A stretch of DNA of 62,784 bases, filler included, from Rhabdomonas costata (GCA_019059605.1; 35 parts of 35 records of this genome joined end to end with filler, not necessarily neighbours in it), one strand, 5' to 3'. Positions 24,301-37,039 are shown, numbered from the whole stretch's first letter. Made by a program: numbers and translations. Notes: a model not told the origin generated them from the sequence alone.

Positions 24301-26963
24301 ATTGTCCAGCATCTACACCTGTTGTCAGGAATTCAACAATGAGCCTGTTCGTGACCATTTGTGGTCGGGGAAGCAGGTGTCATGACATCCTTCATCAGGG
24401 GAATGGTAAAGGAGCCCTTCCACGTGAGCATACCCTCCAGACAACCACAAGTGACACAAAGAGTCGCTCGTACGTGGATTTGGCAGCGAAGGCCCGTGAG
24501 GCAGGCGAGGGCATTGGCGAAGGAGAGCATGCTACCGGCAGGTCTCCAAACACGCTGCGCAGAGAACCCAACCATCCACCCACATAGAATTCCATACCGG
24601 TGGAGCACACAACAAGTCGAGGGACCCGGGACATTGCCCAGAACTGCATACCCGCCAGCTCATCCCCTGCGGCCAATTTGAAGCAAACTCCGAAGGACGC
24701 TTCCCATGCTCCACAGAGGCGTGCCGCGGAGGCCAGTTCGCGGCGCTGCCGGAGCGGGCGGCAAAACGGGGAACGTGAGCTGGGGGCCTTACCCACTTTG
24801 TAATAAGCCCCAAAACACCTCGAAACTGAGGATTTAGTACATGACATTTCAAACAGGCATGTGATATTTCGAATATTTCGAAGCCTTTTTCCCCTTATGC
24901 CAGTGGTCCTTCGGGGCATTCTATGTTGTGCCGTGGTTAAAAACTCTCCGTTTTGACACATGTTTCCATAGTACTACACGTGTGACCATACTGCATCCAA
25001 AACCAGGCCAAAACCACCCCACACACATCCAAAACCAGGCCAAAACCACTTAACCACGGNNNNNNNNNNNNNNNNNNNNNNNNNNNNNNNNNNNNNNNNN
25101 NNNTTAATTAATTAANNNNNNNNNNNNNNNNNNNNNNNNNNNNNNNNNNNNNNNNNNNNGGGGGGGAAAAATAAGCAGCAACGATGCTGGCCTAAGTTTC
25201 TTGGTGTACATCGGTTAGTATTTCACTTTGAGTCCGCCCAACTATCGTTGCTGCTTATTTTTCCCCCCGCTTCTGGTTCCTGGTCGACCCTTCAGCACTC
25301 TGTCAGTTTCTCGATAGCTATCTCCTTGGTTTCCAAAGAATGTCTCTCCCGTGTGTTTGTTTTTTGCTTGTTGGCACCCGGTTTTGAGTAGGCATGCCCT
25401 TTTGATTTCGTAAACCCTCAATGAATGAGAGGATGAAGATTTGTTTGTCTCCATTTCCATCTTCTCCTGCTAATTTCCTGTGTCTATATCCGGCTTCCCT
25501 TCCCCCAGCTGCGATGAGACTGTGCCGGACACCGCGAAGCGCACGGTGCGGTCCAGCTCCACGTGTGCGGTCGGTCTGAGCTCCAGCGGCTCAGTGAACA
25601 ACGCCTCGCGATCCGCCAAGCCCCCCTCGGCCGCTGCGGCGTACCACCACACCCATGCTTCGCCCCTGGTGGTTCCCCCGGTGCGCTCAGTTACCTCCTC
25701 GGCGGTGGGGGTGGCCCTTCGAGCGGCTTTCTCGGGCTCCCCCTCCGCGGCGACAGCAGTGGATACGGTGCGTGTGTGTGGAGTGGATTGGCATCTCCGG
25801 CGCCATTTCCTCTGGAGATCGTGCTTTTAACCGCATTCCCCAACGAGTCGAACCCGTCCCCCCTCCCTTCCATTACACGCTCGCTTCCTCGCAGGCTGCA
25901 ACGGTGTCGGTGTCCCGGCCGGGCGGTGCCTGGGAGGGTGCTTCCCCCGGCGCCCTGCCCCTGCACCGCACTGCATCCGCCTCCGCCCGGCCGATCTCCT
26001 GTGGGTCCACCCCAACTTCGGCTTCGGGATCCTCCGGGATCTTCTCCACGGCTTCCGCCCCGCTTCGTCCCACTCGGGGAACCACCAACCTTCCCTCGGG
26101 TACCTCCCCTCCAACTTCAGGTCCTTGCGCAGTAGGGGCTCTTAACCTTAAACCCTTGTGACTGTCACCACTTCCCCCTGACAAACGTCAATTGCATCGA
26201 ATTCCTGCTTGTGGGCGATACTGGGATTTGCTGGGTGATGAGATCGATAAGTGGCTGACTGGCGGAGGTTTTGATCGGGAATCTTTCTGCTACTTTCAGG
26301 CGGACTGCTTTTACGCCTTCGTACATGAAGGAAGATGAACAAGAGTACATAAATGCCGCTGATTTCAGATGTGGTCTGGTTGACTGAGGACAGGGTCCTT
26401 CGCTCTTTCTGACTTATACTCCCAAAACGCGCGAAATGGGACACCTTACCCCCCCTGCAAGAAGCGGCCTAGTGCTGGAGAACCGTGCACCGTCGGCACA
26501 AAAGATACGAAAGAGACACCACTACCGGCCGAGGGAGGATGATCAGGAAACTCTGACCCCGAGGGCCGACCGCACAGCGTTTCGGGAGGCGTGCTGTTTC
26601 TGCAAAAACCCTCCCCTGCGTCGGCTGGGTCCTTGACGACTACCTGACTTTCCCGTCTGGCTCTGGTCTCGCTCGCCTTCACTGAGTGACGCGGACGACC
26701 ATTCCTGACACCCAATAACGGCTCTCTTGTCACCGTTTCTGTCACCACTAGCACCATAAACGGATCCACAACCTGCGCAAAAGTCTTCTGCAGGAAACCG
26801 TTAACAGAAAAGAGTGTGCAATTTATGGTTCGAAACCAAACCCCACACACCCNNNNNNNNNNNNNNNNNNNNNNNNNNNNNNNNNNNNNNNNNNNNTTAA
26901 TTAATTAANNNNNNNNNNNNNNNNNNNNNNNNNNNNNNNNNNNNNNNNNNNNGGGTTGTGGTC

Positions 26964-28505
26964 TTACGAGTAAACTTCTTCGGGGGTGGCCTTGAGGTTT
27001 AAACGCCAGCCCCCGTCCGTACAGCTGCTGTCATCAAAACACAAAGAATAGGAAGAAAAAGACAACAGACCAAGAATGCGAGGCTTAAATTGGAAGAAGA
27101 TGTCGTTGATGGTCTTCTCCAAGGACATATCCTGTGCAAAGAGCCATTGGTTTAGCCTCTGAAACTCCACGTCCACTTGGCGGGCCATTCTCTCACTCCT
27201 TCAAAAACGCAGCGGATGGGTACCGCTGGAGAAAACAGCACAATAAAACAGCAACAGGGGCTGCAGGAGCCCCAGCGCTGGCGGTGAATAGAGCAACGAG
27301 AGAGAGTTGAGATTCACCCGCACAGTGCTCGGGGAAGGGAGAACGATAAAAATACTGTGGTAAGATGAGACATCAGGTGCGAATGTGCGTTGCGAACGTT
27401 GGAGGGAGAGATTTTCGGGATTCACCGCTGGAAGCACAGTGCAGGACTATCTACAAGATTGTCGGAGAGGTTGAAGAAGAGTCACAACTGGGTTGACAAT
27501 AACCTCGCATCTACCATGCATTCACCCCCAGAAAGTCTGCGTGTCACGTAAGCACCGAAAAGTATCCCCCAGTGCCGACAAGAAAATACTTACAAGTAGA
27601 GAGAAGCGGGGAGGAAGATGAGGCACCGGTTCGAGCATTTGTGTGGGAAGACGAAAAAAAGGGAGGAGCACAGAGGAACTCAGCGAGGGAGTCGCTCGTT
27701 GCTACACACGCTTTTGGCTCGTCAAACACCACATCCGGTGCGCTGAAAGGATCTCAGGACTGCTGCATTCTGCACGCTGCCCAGGCGGGATAGAGGAAAT
27801 CGGGGGGGAGGCATCAACTTGGCTGTAACTCACCAAGCTCGTCCCTACATAACTCCCAGGCTCCCTGAACCCTTCCCAGCACAGACACTCCACAAATTCC
27901 TCCGAAGTTCCGACCCGCTCACTCCGCACAATCATCCGTTTCCCATCCGTATAGCCGAAACACCGACGCATACCTTACTCAACGGCAGCAGAGGGAACAC
28001 GGGGGGACACTGCAGCGGCTTGAGTGGGCGGGCATCCACTTGCCAGCCCACCGCACCCGAGAGGAAGACGTCAGAGAAGAGAGAACAGCAACGCAAGCAA
28101 GAGGATGAGCCCTCTCACACCAAAAGTATTGGTAGGTGGTGGAGTCGAACCTTCAAGGGCACCTTTCCTCAGGATTGCAAAGAGCGACAAGGTCTGGTGA
28201 CAGGGAACAGGGAGGGAGGGAGGAAGGGAAGCCGTCACCTCATCTCATTGCGCACTCGCTCACCCGCTCGCTCACTCCTCGCGAGTGGAGGGGGCCAGGC
28301 CGATGGTCTTCTGGGCCAGAGCAAGAGTTTGGGCGGTGCGGCGGCGGAGGGTCTCCGCGGCAATGTGCGGGCTGGCAGCCTTCGCGAGATTGCCCGTGGA
28401 GAGGTTGCGCAGCTTCTCCATCGTCTCCCGGGTCTTTTTCGGCAGCTCTTTGAGGTCCTGCCGCCACTGCCTGAACATTGCGACCCCCCACCCCACGATC
28501 TCCCC
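26964..28505 (-). CDS. Probable exons of an unidentified protein
   Basis: Coding-like segments (RQWRQDLKELPKKTRETMEKLRNL; RQVDVEFQRLNQWLFAQDMSLEKTINDIFFQF) with plausible splice sites. Exon chain not fully resolved. Confidence 0.3.
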
Positions 28506-28886
28506 TAAATACGCAGCTCAGCTGAAAGCGGGGAGGACCAACCAACGGATCTCCAAAGAGAATGGGAAAACCAATGTTGCCGATCAGCTGTGACACAATC
28601 GGTGAGTCTTCATTTCTTCCTAACAATTCAAAGATTCATACAAAAAACCNNNNNNNNNNNNNNNNNNNNNNNNNNNNNNNNNNNNNNNNNNNNTTAATTA
28701 ATTAANNNNNNNNNNNNNNNNNNNNNNNNNNNNNNNNNNNNNNNNNNNNGTGTTGGGTGTGGTTGGGTGTGTGTGGGAGAAGGGAGGTCGGGCAGTGGGG
28801 ATGAACAGATAGATGAGGGGGTGTGGATGGAACGTGACTTGGGGGCGAAGAGGTGGTAGACAAACTGTTTGTGGTGGGAGCAATGT

Positions 28887-29508
28887 TCACTGGGGAGCGT
28901 AGGGAGGACGCCACCCAGTTTGCCAGTTTGGTGTCTGGGGGGCGGGGTTAGGGAACTGGACGAAGTTCCAGTGGAGGTAGTGGCAGATGCGGCAGTGGTA
29001 TGGCTGAGGTTGTGCGGTGTACCAAAGATTGCCTTGAGCGAACTTGTAGTATGTTCTTCTGTTGATGAACACAAAATGATCGGGATGATGGGAGTGCAAA
29101 CGTGCCGTGCGTGTAGCGTAAGGTGTCGGTGGTGGTTCAGTAGGTGGCTCTGTGGTGGCGGGGGGCGACGGGAGCGGCTTGTTAATGAGCCAAAAGACAA
29201 GTGAGGCATACACGGCTTTAATTAGTGGAGCTGCGAGTTCGTCAGTCAGTGTGATGTTGTAGACCAGCAGAGGGAGCAGGGGCTTGAGGAAATCAAGCAG
29301 GCGGTGGTCGTGCTCCAACAATGTCAGGTCTTCGATCGACGGCTGGGCATAATACGCGGTGGCGTTTGGTGAAGTGAAGGGGACCAGGCGGAGCGCGGCG
29401 ACCTGATTTCGGAGCTCCACAATGCTCTGTAACAGCTCTTGTGCCCATTTCGGAGCCGGCTGCCGAGACCACCAGGGTCTTTTGAGCCTGGTAAGAGGCT
29501 TCAGTCAT
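28887..29508 (-). mobile_element. Degenerate intronless ORF with P-x-P-Y-x-C-x2-C-x3-H-W motif, possible gag-like ORF of a retroelement
   Basis: 177-aa ORF 29420-28887 ending in PQPYHCRICHYLHWNF; the nearest ATG (29508) is out of frame. No introns, unlike host genes. Confidence 0.35.
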
Positions 29509-30597
29509 AGGTGTAGTTTAGTGTTGGAAGGCAGAGTGTGGTGCACCACAAAGCTCGAGAATGAAAGTGTGACTGTGAGCCGAGATGGAAGAGGGGCGTG
29601 GGACATGTGTAACCCAGATGCCCCTTCCAGACACTAAATTCAAATACTTTTTGGCCCTCGCTCAAAGGCTGCACAGCTCGACTGGAACCCTATTGTGGCG
29701 CTGCTAGCTCTGGGGGCCAAACTCTCCAAAATTTCCGTTTAAGGAGAAACGTTAGAGCTGTAGAGATGGTGCGGATGTTCGTCGTCCTTGACAACCACCC
29801 TCTTATCATCCCGCGCCACACCGGACGCTGTGACACGAAGCAACACCAGCCAACACCCCACCATACACACCTCCCAACAACTCAAACGCATACAACCCCA
29901 CCACCATCAACGCCACATGCACCATCGTACTCAGAGCCACCTCCCGCTTTGAATCCATGAACCACACCACCAACTGTCCCGCAAGCAACATCTGGAACAT
30001 CACTACGACCATCACCCATACCACTACCTACGACGAACCACACACACATGCACCATTCTACGCACACACACCTCCCATCCCACACCCAACCTCTACACCA
30101 TCTGGACAAGCAACCACACCCATGTGTAAGTTCACACACGCCGAAAGCCCCGCATTGCACACCCCAGGACACTCACCACCAGCCACCACAACCACATCCA
30201 ACTACAGCTCCAGAACCACAACCCTGCACACACAAACTTAGCCGAATGCAACAATGCCAAAACCGGTGCTGGCCATTCCATAGCATCAAACAACCACGAA
30301 TGAAAACCCAAGAATTCGGACTTCGAAAGTAACGACACCAAGATCCACGACACCATCAACGGAACCAACACTTCCACAACGACACATCCGAAGCAACTGC
30401 ACAATCCGCACACATATAACTCGAAAGACAAATCCCAAACCCCACCNNNNNNNNNNNNNNNNNNNNNNNNNNNNNNNNNNNNNNNNNNNNTTAATTAATT
30501 AANNNNNNNNNNNNNNNNNNNNNNNNNNNNNNNNNNNNNNNNNNNNTGTGTTGTTTTTTGGAATTTTTCTGCATCTGAGCGTTCCCTCTTGTTTCAG

Positions 30598-32241
30598 GCA
30601 TTTTGGCCGCCCAGTTGATCAACTTCGGCACGGAGAGAATAGAGGAGTGGGGCTGGCGGCTCTCGCTAGCGCTGGCGGGGGTACCCGCGATTGTGCTGAC
30701 GGTGGGCTCGATCTGCCTCAGCGACACCCCAAACAGCCTGTTGAGCCGCGGGAAGGTCGAAGAGGCGCGGGCTGTGCTGCAGAAGATCCGTGGGGTCGAA
30801 GGTTTGTGAGTAGGGAGGAGACAATAGACCTTGAGGTTGTGATTAAGAACCTGTGTGATGTCGCCGCCGATGTGAACTGTAGTGAAAACGAAGGGGATGG
30901 TGTTGGGTCTCAAGCTGACGAAATAAAAATTTCTCTGTTGATGTGTCTGCTGTCATAGACGTGAATGTGGAGTTTGAGGACATTTGCCTCGCTGCGAGGG
31001 CCGCGGCCTCGGTAGGAAACCCCTGGCTCACCATTCTGAAGCCCCGGTACCGCCCCCAACTGGTTCTTGCCATACTCATCCCGATCTTCCAGCAGCTCAC
31101 GGGCATCAACTCCATCATGTTCTACGCCCCTCAGCTATTTAGGTCCCTAATCTATCTGAGATCCTCTGTTTACTGTATTTTCTGATGGAAACGAGTTTTT
31201 CGCCGCGCCCGGACAAGATCGAATTGCCGAGCCACGCCTTGCACGGAGAATTCCGTATGCTTTTGCGCGGTGTTCTGGTTGCCTGCTCAGCTCTCTGGGA
31301 AGCGGCGCGGAGGGCTCCCTGCTCAGCACGCTCATCACTGGGGTGGTCAACGTTGTCTCGACCGTGGTGGCTCTGGTTCTTGTCGACCGGCTAGGCCGGA
31401 GGATGCTATTCCTGCAAGGTGGGGTGCAGATGCTGATCTGCGAGATCCTTGTGGGGGCGCTGCTGGGGGCAGGCTTTGCCAAGCATGGCGACCAACTGCC
31501 CCCGGGCATGGCCAAGGCGGTGCTGGCATTGATCTGCCTGTTTGTGGCTAGCTTCGCGTGGAGCTGGTGTGATTGCGGTTTGGTTTTTTAACATGCTTCC
31601 CCTTGCGCCCTTTAGTCGTTCGAAAATGTTTTGCTTTGTATTAGTGCGTTCATTTATGGCAAATGCAGCAATCCTTCGAATGGGAGGAATCGGGAGGCCC
31701 TAATTAGGGACGTGCAGTGTAGCGGCCTTGACATAGATGCATACACTCGTGTCTCACTGCTCAGGTTTGTGGTGGTGCTCCTGCAGCACAGTGTAAGGAA
31801 TAGATGGAGGCGAAATATTCAAACCTCTTTCTTCGTGATATAACATCGTACCAAAACCACCTGTCATCGATGAAAAGAAATCACATCCTAATTACAGTTG
31901 TGGGCGTCACACGTCAATCATCACAGAATGATGGGAAGAAGCGAACCAATGAATGAAACACCTCCCAAAAATGGGCCTCCTCAAGAGGTGGTGCAAGGAC
32001 GGCCTGCTACTTTTTTTTTTTGCCATTTTTGTGCTATCACGCTTCGTTTATCGCCCCGAATGAGACACAGTGCTCCTCTGCGCATGGCGGGTGCATACCA
32101 ATCCTCTTCATTGGTAGGGGTCCGCTGGCCTGGCTGGTGCCCTCGGAGATCCAGCCCCTCGAGACCCGCTCCGCGGCCTTCAGCATCACCGTGCTGGTGA
32201 ACTTCCTGGCCACCTTTGCGATTGGCCAGAGCTTCCTCTCC
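30598..32241 (+). CDS. MFS hexose/H+ symporter of the plant STP / Chlorella HUP type, four exons
   Basis: Exons 30598-30801, 30959-31142, 31291-31566, 32118-32241: [69 protein letters not shown]. Confidence 0.93.
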
Positions 32242-32402
32242 ANNNNNNNNNNNNNNNNNNNNNNNNNNNNNNNNNNNNNNNNNNNNTTAATTAATTAANN
32301 NNNNNNNNNNNNNNNNNNNNNNNNNNNNNNNNNNNNNNNNNNTAGGGGTTTTCGACCTCTCTGGAAACCTCTGAAAGTGGATGGCGGCTCACAACCGCTA
32401 AC

Positions 32403-34015
32403 TCAGCAATATTTTTTTCGTTGTCCGCACAACATTTCCCGCAATTCTAGTCTGCTCTGGACAGATTCAGGATCTTCCTTATTACTCCTCTGAGATTTCT
32501 GAACCCGTCCGGCACCGCTCCGCTCTGCATCAGACTTCAACACCATTAATGAGCCCGCTCGTGCACTTTCTGGTTTATGGAAACTGGTCTGAGGCTCTGC
32601 CCCATTCGTCACCCCCTTCTTCTCAACTTGTTTCACGCTTGCCTCTGGAGTGGCACTCTGAATCTCCTCTGGGGCTGCCTCCGGTGTCACTCTGCGTGAG
32701 CTGGGGTTTCGGGGCTGCTCCACCTGATGAAATCTGGTTGATCTGAGCACAGGCTCTGGTGGTCTCTGCAAAATTCTTAGCGGGAATGTGCCTGGAGCTC
32801 TCTGCACAACACTTGCACTGGCTGGAGTCCTGACTGTGGACGAAGTGGGCCTCTTTGGTGGGGCGGGAGTGGCCCTGTCTCCTGCCCCCACTAGTTTGAC
32901 TGATCTACACTCTTCTGAAATTCTCCAACTGAACCCTTCGGCACACTTCTCTGAACCAACTCCGTTTTAGCCAATTCACAATCCCTATAAAAGTGGCTCG
33001 TACTTCCACAATACATACACACTCTTGAAGGGACCTGCGGCTTCGCGTTCTCCAAACTTGAACTCGGAAAATGTGACTGCTGCCTGCTCCCTGTGGAAGT
33101 CGGGCTTGGGGGTCGAGGCGTGGAGACATCTCCCCTCATGGGAAACGAGGGAATTCTGGGTCTACCGCTTCTAGACGGTGAAGGTGATCTGTAACCTCGT
33201 CCTCCTCTTCCCACGTATCCTCGACCTCTGAACGCCAACATTCCTCTGGATGGAGTCACCATCCTCTCTGGAGAAGGCGTACGCGTCGCATTAAATTGTG
33301 GCTGTGGAGTGGCGGAAAACATTACAGAACTCGCCGGAACTGTGGCTGCTAACGTTGGCGGTGTCGCCATTTCGAACAAATTTGCAATTCTCTGCACCGC
33401 AATTACGTTAACCATATCTCTGGAAACTGTGGAAGGGGCACCGCTGACATTTCTATCTGTAGAGGTTAGAAATGCCGTACTCCCCGAGAAAGAAGTGTAC
33501 CCATAACGTATAGCATCTAAATCCATCGCCGCACCCCCAGCCGCGATTGCCCTCTGGACAGTGCTGTCTGGAACCGCCACAATCACCTGTGGAGGTGGTC
33601 TCGGCTTTTTGAAATACTTCCAGGACTTATCCATTGCCTCTGCAAGGGTCCGAGGATTGTTCGCCATCACTTTGGCCTGGATGTCCCATTCCAAACTTCT
33701 GACAAACAGATACTGCAAAAGAGTTTCGTTGTCAAACTTCGTCCCCTTCAACAGATTCATCCCTGTCACAAACTGCTGATGGTAGAATTGGAAATTCCCC
33801 TCCGACATCTTCAATTGCTCCAACCTCCACACTACGTAGTAGTCCCACGTCTGTGCACACAGCCGCCTCTTCAACGTCTATACAAACTTTTTCCAGTCTG
33901 TAAAGACTTGACCTGGCGCAACAATTCCTCTGGAATTTGCACCCAAGGCGCTTGTGGCATAAATAATTGCAACTTGATCTTGAATCATGCGAAAGTCCTT
34001 CAGCTCTTCAACCGA
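32403..34015 (-). mobile_element. Ty3/gypsy-like LTR retrotransposon fragment: gag with CCHC zinc knuckle plus downstream -1 frame ORF
   Basis: Intronless ORF with a retrotransposon-gag-like helical region (LEQLK..Y..F..LFVRSL..I...V....PRTLAEAM) and CMYCGSTSHFYRDC. The frame is open back to about 34015 except for one TAG at 33878-33880. A second ORF (32891-32403) overlaps the gag stop. Confidence 0.75.
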
Positions 34016-35308
34016 CACAAACCACCAAACACACCCACCACNNNNNNNNNNNNNNNNNNNNNNNNNNNNNNNNNNNNNNNNNNNNTTAATTAATTAANNN
34101 NNNNNNNNNNNNNNNNNNNNNNNNNNNNNNNNNNNNNNNNNTTGAGTTTTGGAAGAACTTTACTGTACACGTTATAGCAAATGGCCATATATTATACGCA
34201 CAATGAGGCCTGAATTAAGTTGTGATGCTTTATATTACTAGAGTGCTCTTGTAGTGCGCTGAATCAAGTCATGAAGCGATCATTGCTGGCAATATTTTGA
34301 TAGTCTCTATGTAGTTATCTTCAAAAATCTGATTTTTCATTGCTTAAACTAAAACTTGCTACTGTTGATTCTCAATAGATCAGTGCTGTACAATGCAACT
34401 TTAGTTCCGTTGTATTAATAAGATTTTTTAATTGGCCAGTTGTATTGGCATGCTTTGCTTGGAGTCCTTTTTTAATCATCAGTCATGACAAAGCGGATGA
34501 TTTGCAACACTTAATCAATTGTACAGATCCAAAATATCCACAAGATAGTAGAGTCACATTGCGTTGCAATGAGTTAATTCATCTCCACTTCGCTTTAAAG
34601 TGTTTCGATTGTCTATCATGTCCTCTTTGAATCAACCCAGTATCTAATTCTGCAGCATATTTTTAAACAGGATGGTTTGATAATTTTATGTTATAGCTGC
34701 TTTTAGATTCAACCTGCAATGTTCTCGTCATCAGATAGAACCAGTTTAAATTCAATTATCGTCGTTTTGCATAAAACATTCAAGCGTTGTTTGAAATAAA
34801 TGCAAAAGCAAACGCATTCTAGGACTACGCGCACAGATGTAGCCGAATATATTTGCGCTTGATCTTAACAGCACGTTTGTCTCCACCGCTTACAAGTTAT
34901 AATCTATGTTTCCCCAGTTGTGTAGCATTTTCATTGCATTGCCCTCTTATTCAAAGACGCTGTTATTTCGAGACATTGCTGACATATTTTGTGTGTATAT
35001 CATCTTACAAAATACGCTAATAAAATGCTGGCACATTTAATCTTGAATGAAGTTGTGCCCATTTATATGTTTTATGTGACTCCAAATCAATTTTGGTCTC
35101 TTAACCTGGTGTTACTGTTTTCAAGTTATCTATCTTTCAACTCGTGCTTCATCTAGTGTAAAATAAGCAAAATATTGTGCTTTTATGCGCTCTAAATTTT
35201 CACAATCGTACCCAAAGAGCTATTCTGACAACAAATTACCTCGGCAACATTGTTAATTCGGCACAAAACCTCGCCCTATTTTCTGAATGAAATCCACCAT
35301 GGTCACTC

Positions 35309-35396
35309 CCGGACCGTACCGGACCGTAACGGAGCGGACCAAAGCGGACCGGACCGGACCGGAACGGAGTGGACAGTACCGTACAAAACTGGACCG
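35309..35396 (+). repeat. Degenerate pentamer array (GGACC/GTACC/GGAAC/GGAGC)
   Basis: ccggaccgtaccggaccgtaacggagcggaccaaagcggaccggaccggaccggaacggagtggacagtaccgtac. Confidence 0.8.
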
Positions 35397-36397
35397 AAGA
35401 ACTAACATTGACCTCAGAACTCGAGCTATAGTTACGGGTTGGGGCTCATATTCTGTGAGATGATAGTACTACTGAAATGAGTTGGTTAGCCGCTTCCCGG
35501 CACCGGAGTCCTTCTCTACGCCGAGATGTGGCCCATCAGGGTCCTCTTTGGGACCTGTTTAAGAGCCCGCGGTGCACGTTTTGGACATTTGCATGCCCTT
35601 ATACTGATCCCAAGGAATGCTTCTGTTAAGAGCCACGCTAGAGGCCATTTTATGGCATTGTGTGGTATTTTTGAGCCCTTTTTTGCATTACGAATGCTTG
35701 CAAGGGCCCTTTTAGGCCCTTAGAAGACCTGCATGCTGAGAGTAAGCTTTCGACTGGGCTTCCTTAGCATAAATAAGTGTAGAGCCCAGGAGTGCGTTAG
35801 TGTGTATAGCCACCCCAGAGGCCATTTCAGTGCCGTTTNNNNNNNNNNNNNNNNNNNNNNNNNNNNNNNNNNNNNNNNNNNNTTAATTAATTAANNNNNN
35901 NNNNNNNNNNNNNNNNNNNNNNNNNNNNNNNNNNNNNNGGTGGGGGTACTTTTGGAATTCATCCCATCGACTAGCTGGCCTTTGAGCTGGCTGTGGTGGT
36001 TTTTATATGTGTCGTTATTTCGGCAGCTTTGAAATTCGGGGTTTGGTTTCTGGTTTCGGGTCTCGTGTTATGTATCCAACGGGTTAGGGGCTCGCATAGG
36101 GAAGTTGTTGGCTGGTGGGGCAAAAACTTGGGACTTGTGCGATGCGCTTCGGGATGTGGCGGGATGCTTCGTTTTCAGTGGGTTCGATGACTGTTCGCGG
36201 AATTGGGGCCTTGTTTCATACGGTTTTATTGCCATGTCAGGATGTGTTGCCCCTTGCAAAAGTGCCGTAATATGTGAAAATTCGCAGCTGCTGCAGCTTG
36301 GCTTTTGCTATTGTGCCGCGCGTAGAGAAACATTTTTGCTTAACATAGGGACAGTTTGCGTCTTCGGTTTGCGTGCATGCTTCTGTGCTTCTTGCAG

Positions 36398-37039
36398 TGT
36401 TGGTGTCAAGCCTCACCGTCACGTGAAGCAGTGGCAGATGCCCGAGACTGCGTTTCTGAAAGAGGTACGCTGTTATGTTAGTTGTTCTTATTACCATGCC
36501 CCTCTCATGTGACGACTGGGGAAGCTTGGCTTGTTGATTTGTTCTCAGGTGTTTTCTGAGCCGATTTTTGCAGAACAGAAGATCAACGACCGCTTTACTT
36601 CCGCGAACGTGTGGATATTTTTCTGCTCATCGTTGTGGTTCTTCTTACCAAAGTGCTTCTTGCTTCTTGCCCGTCGCTGGAACACCTGTTTCCTACTTAG
36701 ATGGGTCCCACCAAAATCGACATCCGCCGGGCTGTTCCTCCCATCGTCGTGCCCAAGCGTTTCAAATACGCTTGGTGCGATGGAAACTGTACGCTCACTG
36801 CCATTTCATTTGATTTTTCGGGAACTCTTCTCCTGACTTGATATGAACATAACTCGATGTCATGCACAGGGGCTGATTCTCCCACTCACGGCCACCCACG
36901 GATGACCATCAGAATGCGCGCCGGAATGGTTGCGCAGTGCAAATACTGTGAGAACAAGTTCGTGCGCGAGGACTTCGACCTGTTCACAGCAAAGCGGGAG
37001 GCTGAGGATGCTGAGGAGAAGTATCATGCCGAGGACTAA
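36398..37039 (+). CDS. NDUFS6: Mitochondrial complex I zinc-finger subunit (zf-CHCC), 3' exons
   Basis: Exons 36398-36464, 36549-36608, 36701-36788, 36870-37039 splice to ...VPPIVVPKRFKYAWCDGNWADSPTHGHPRMTIRMRAGMVAQCKYCENKF...stop. This is the C-DG..GHP..CxxC motif. Confidence 0.8.

Noticed and set aside
29830-30446. His/Thr/Pro-rich ORFs
   Set aside because: Products of a CA-rich low-complexity tract.
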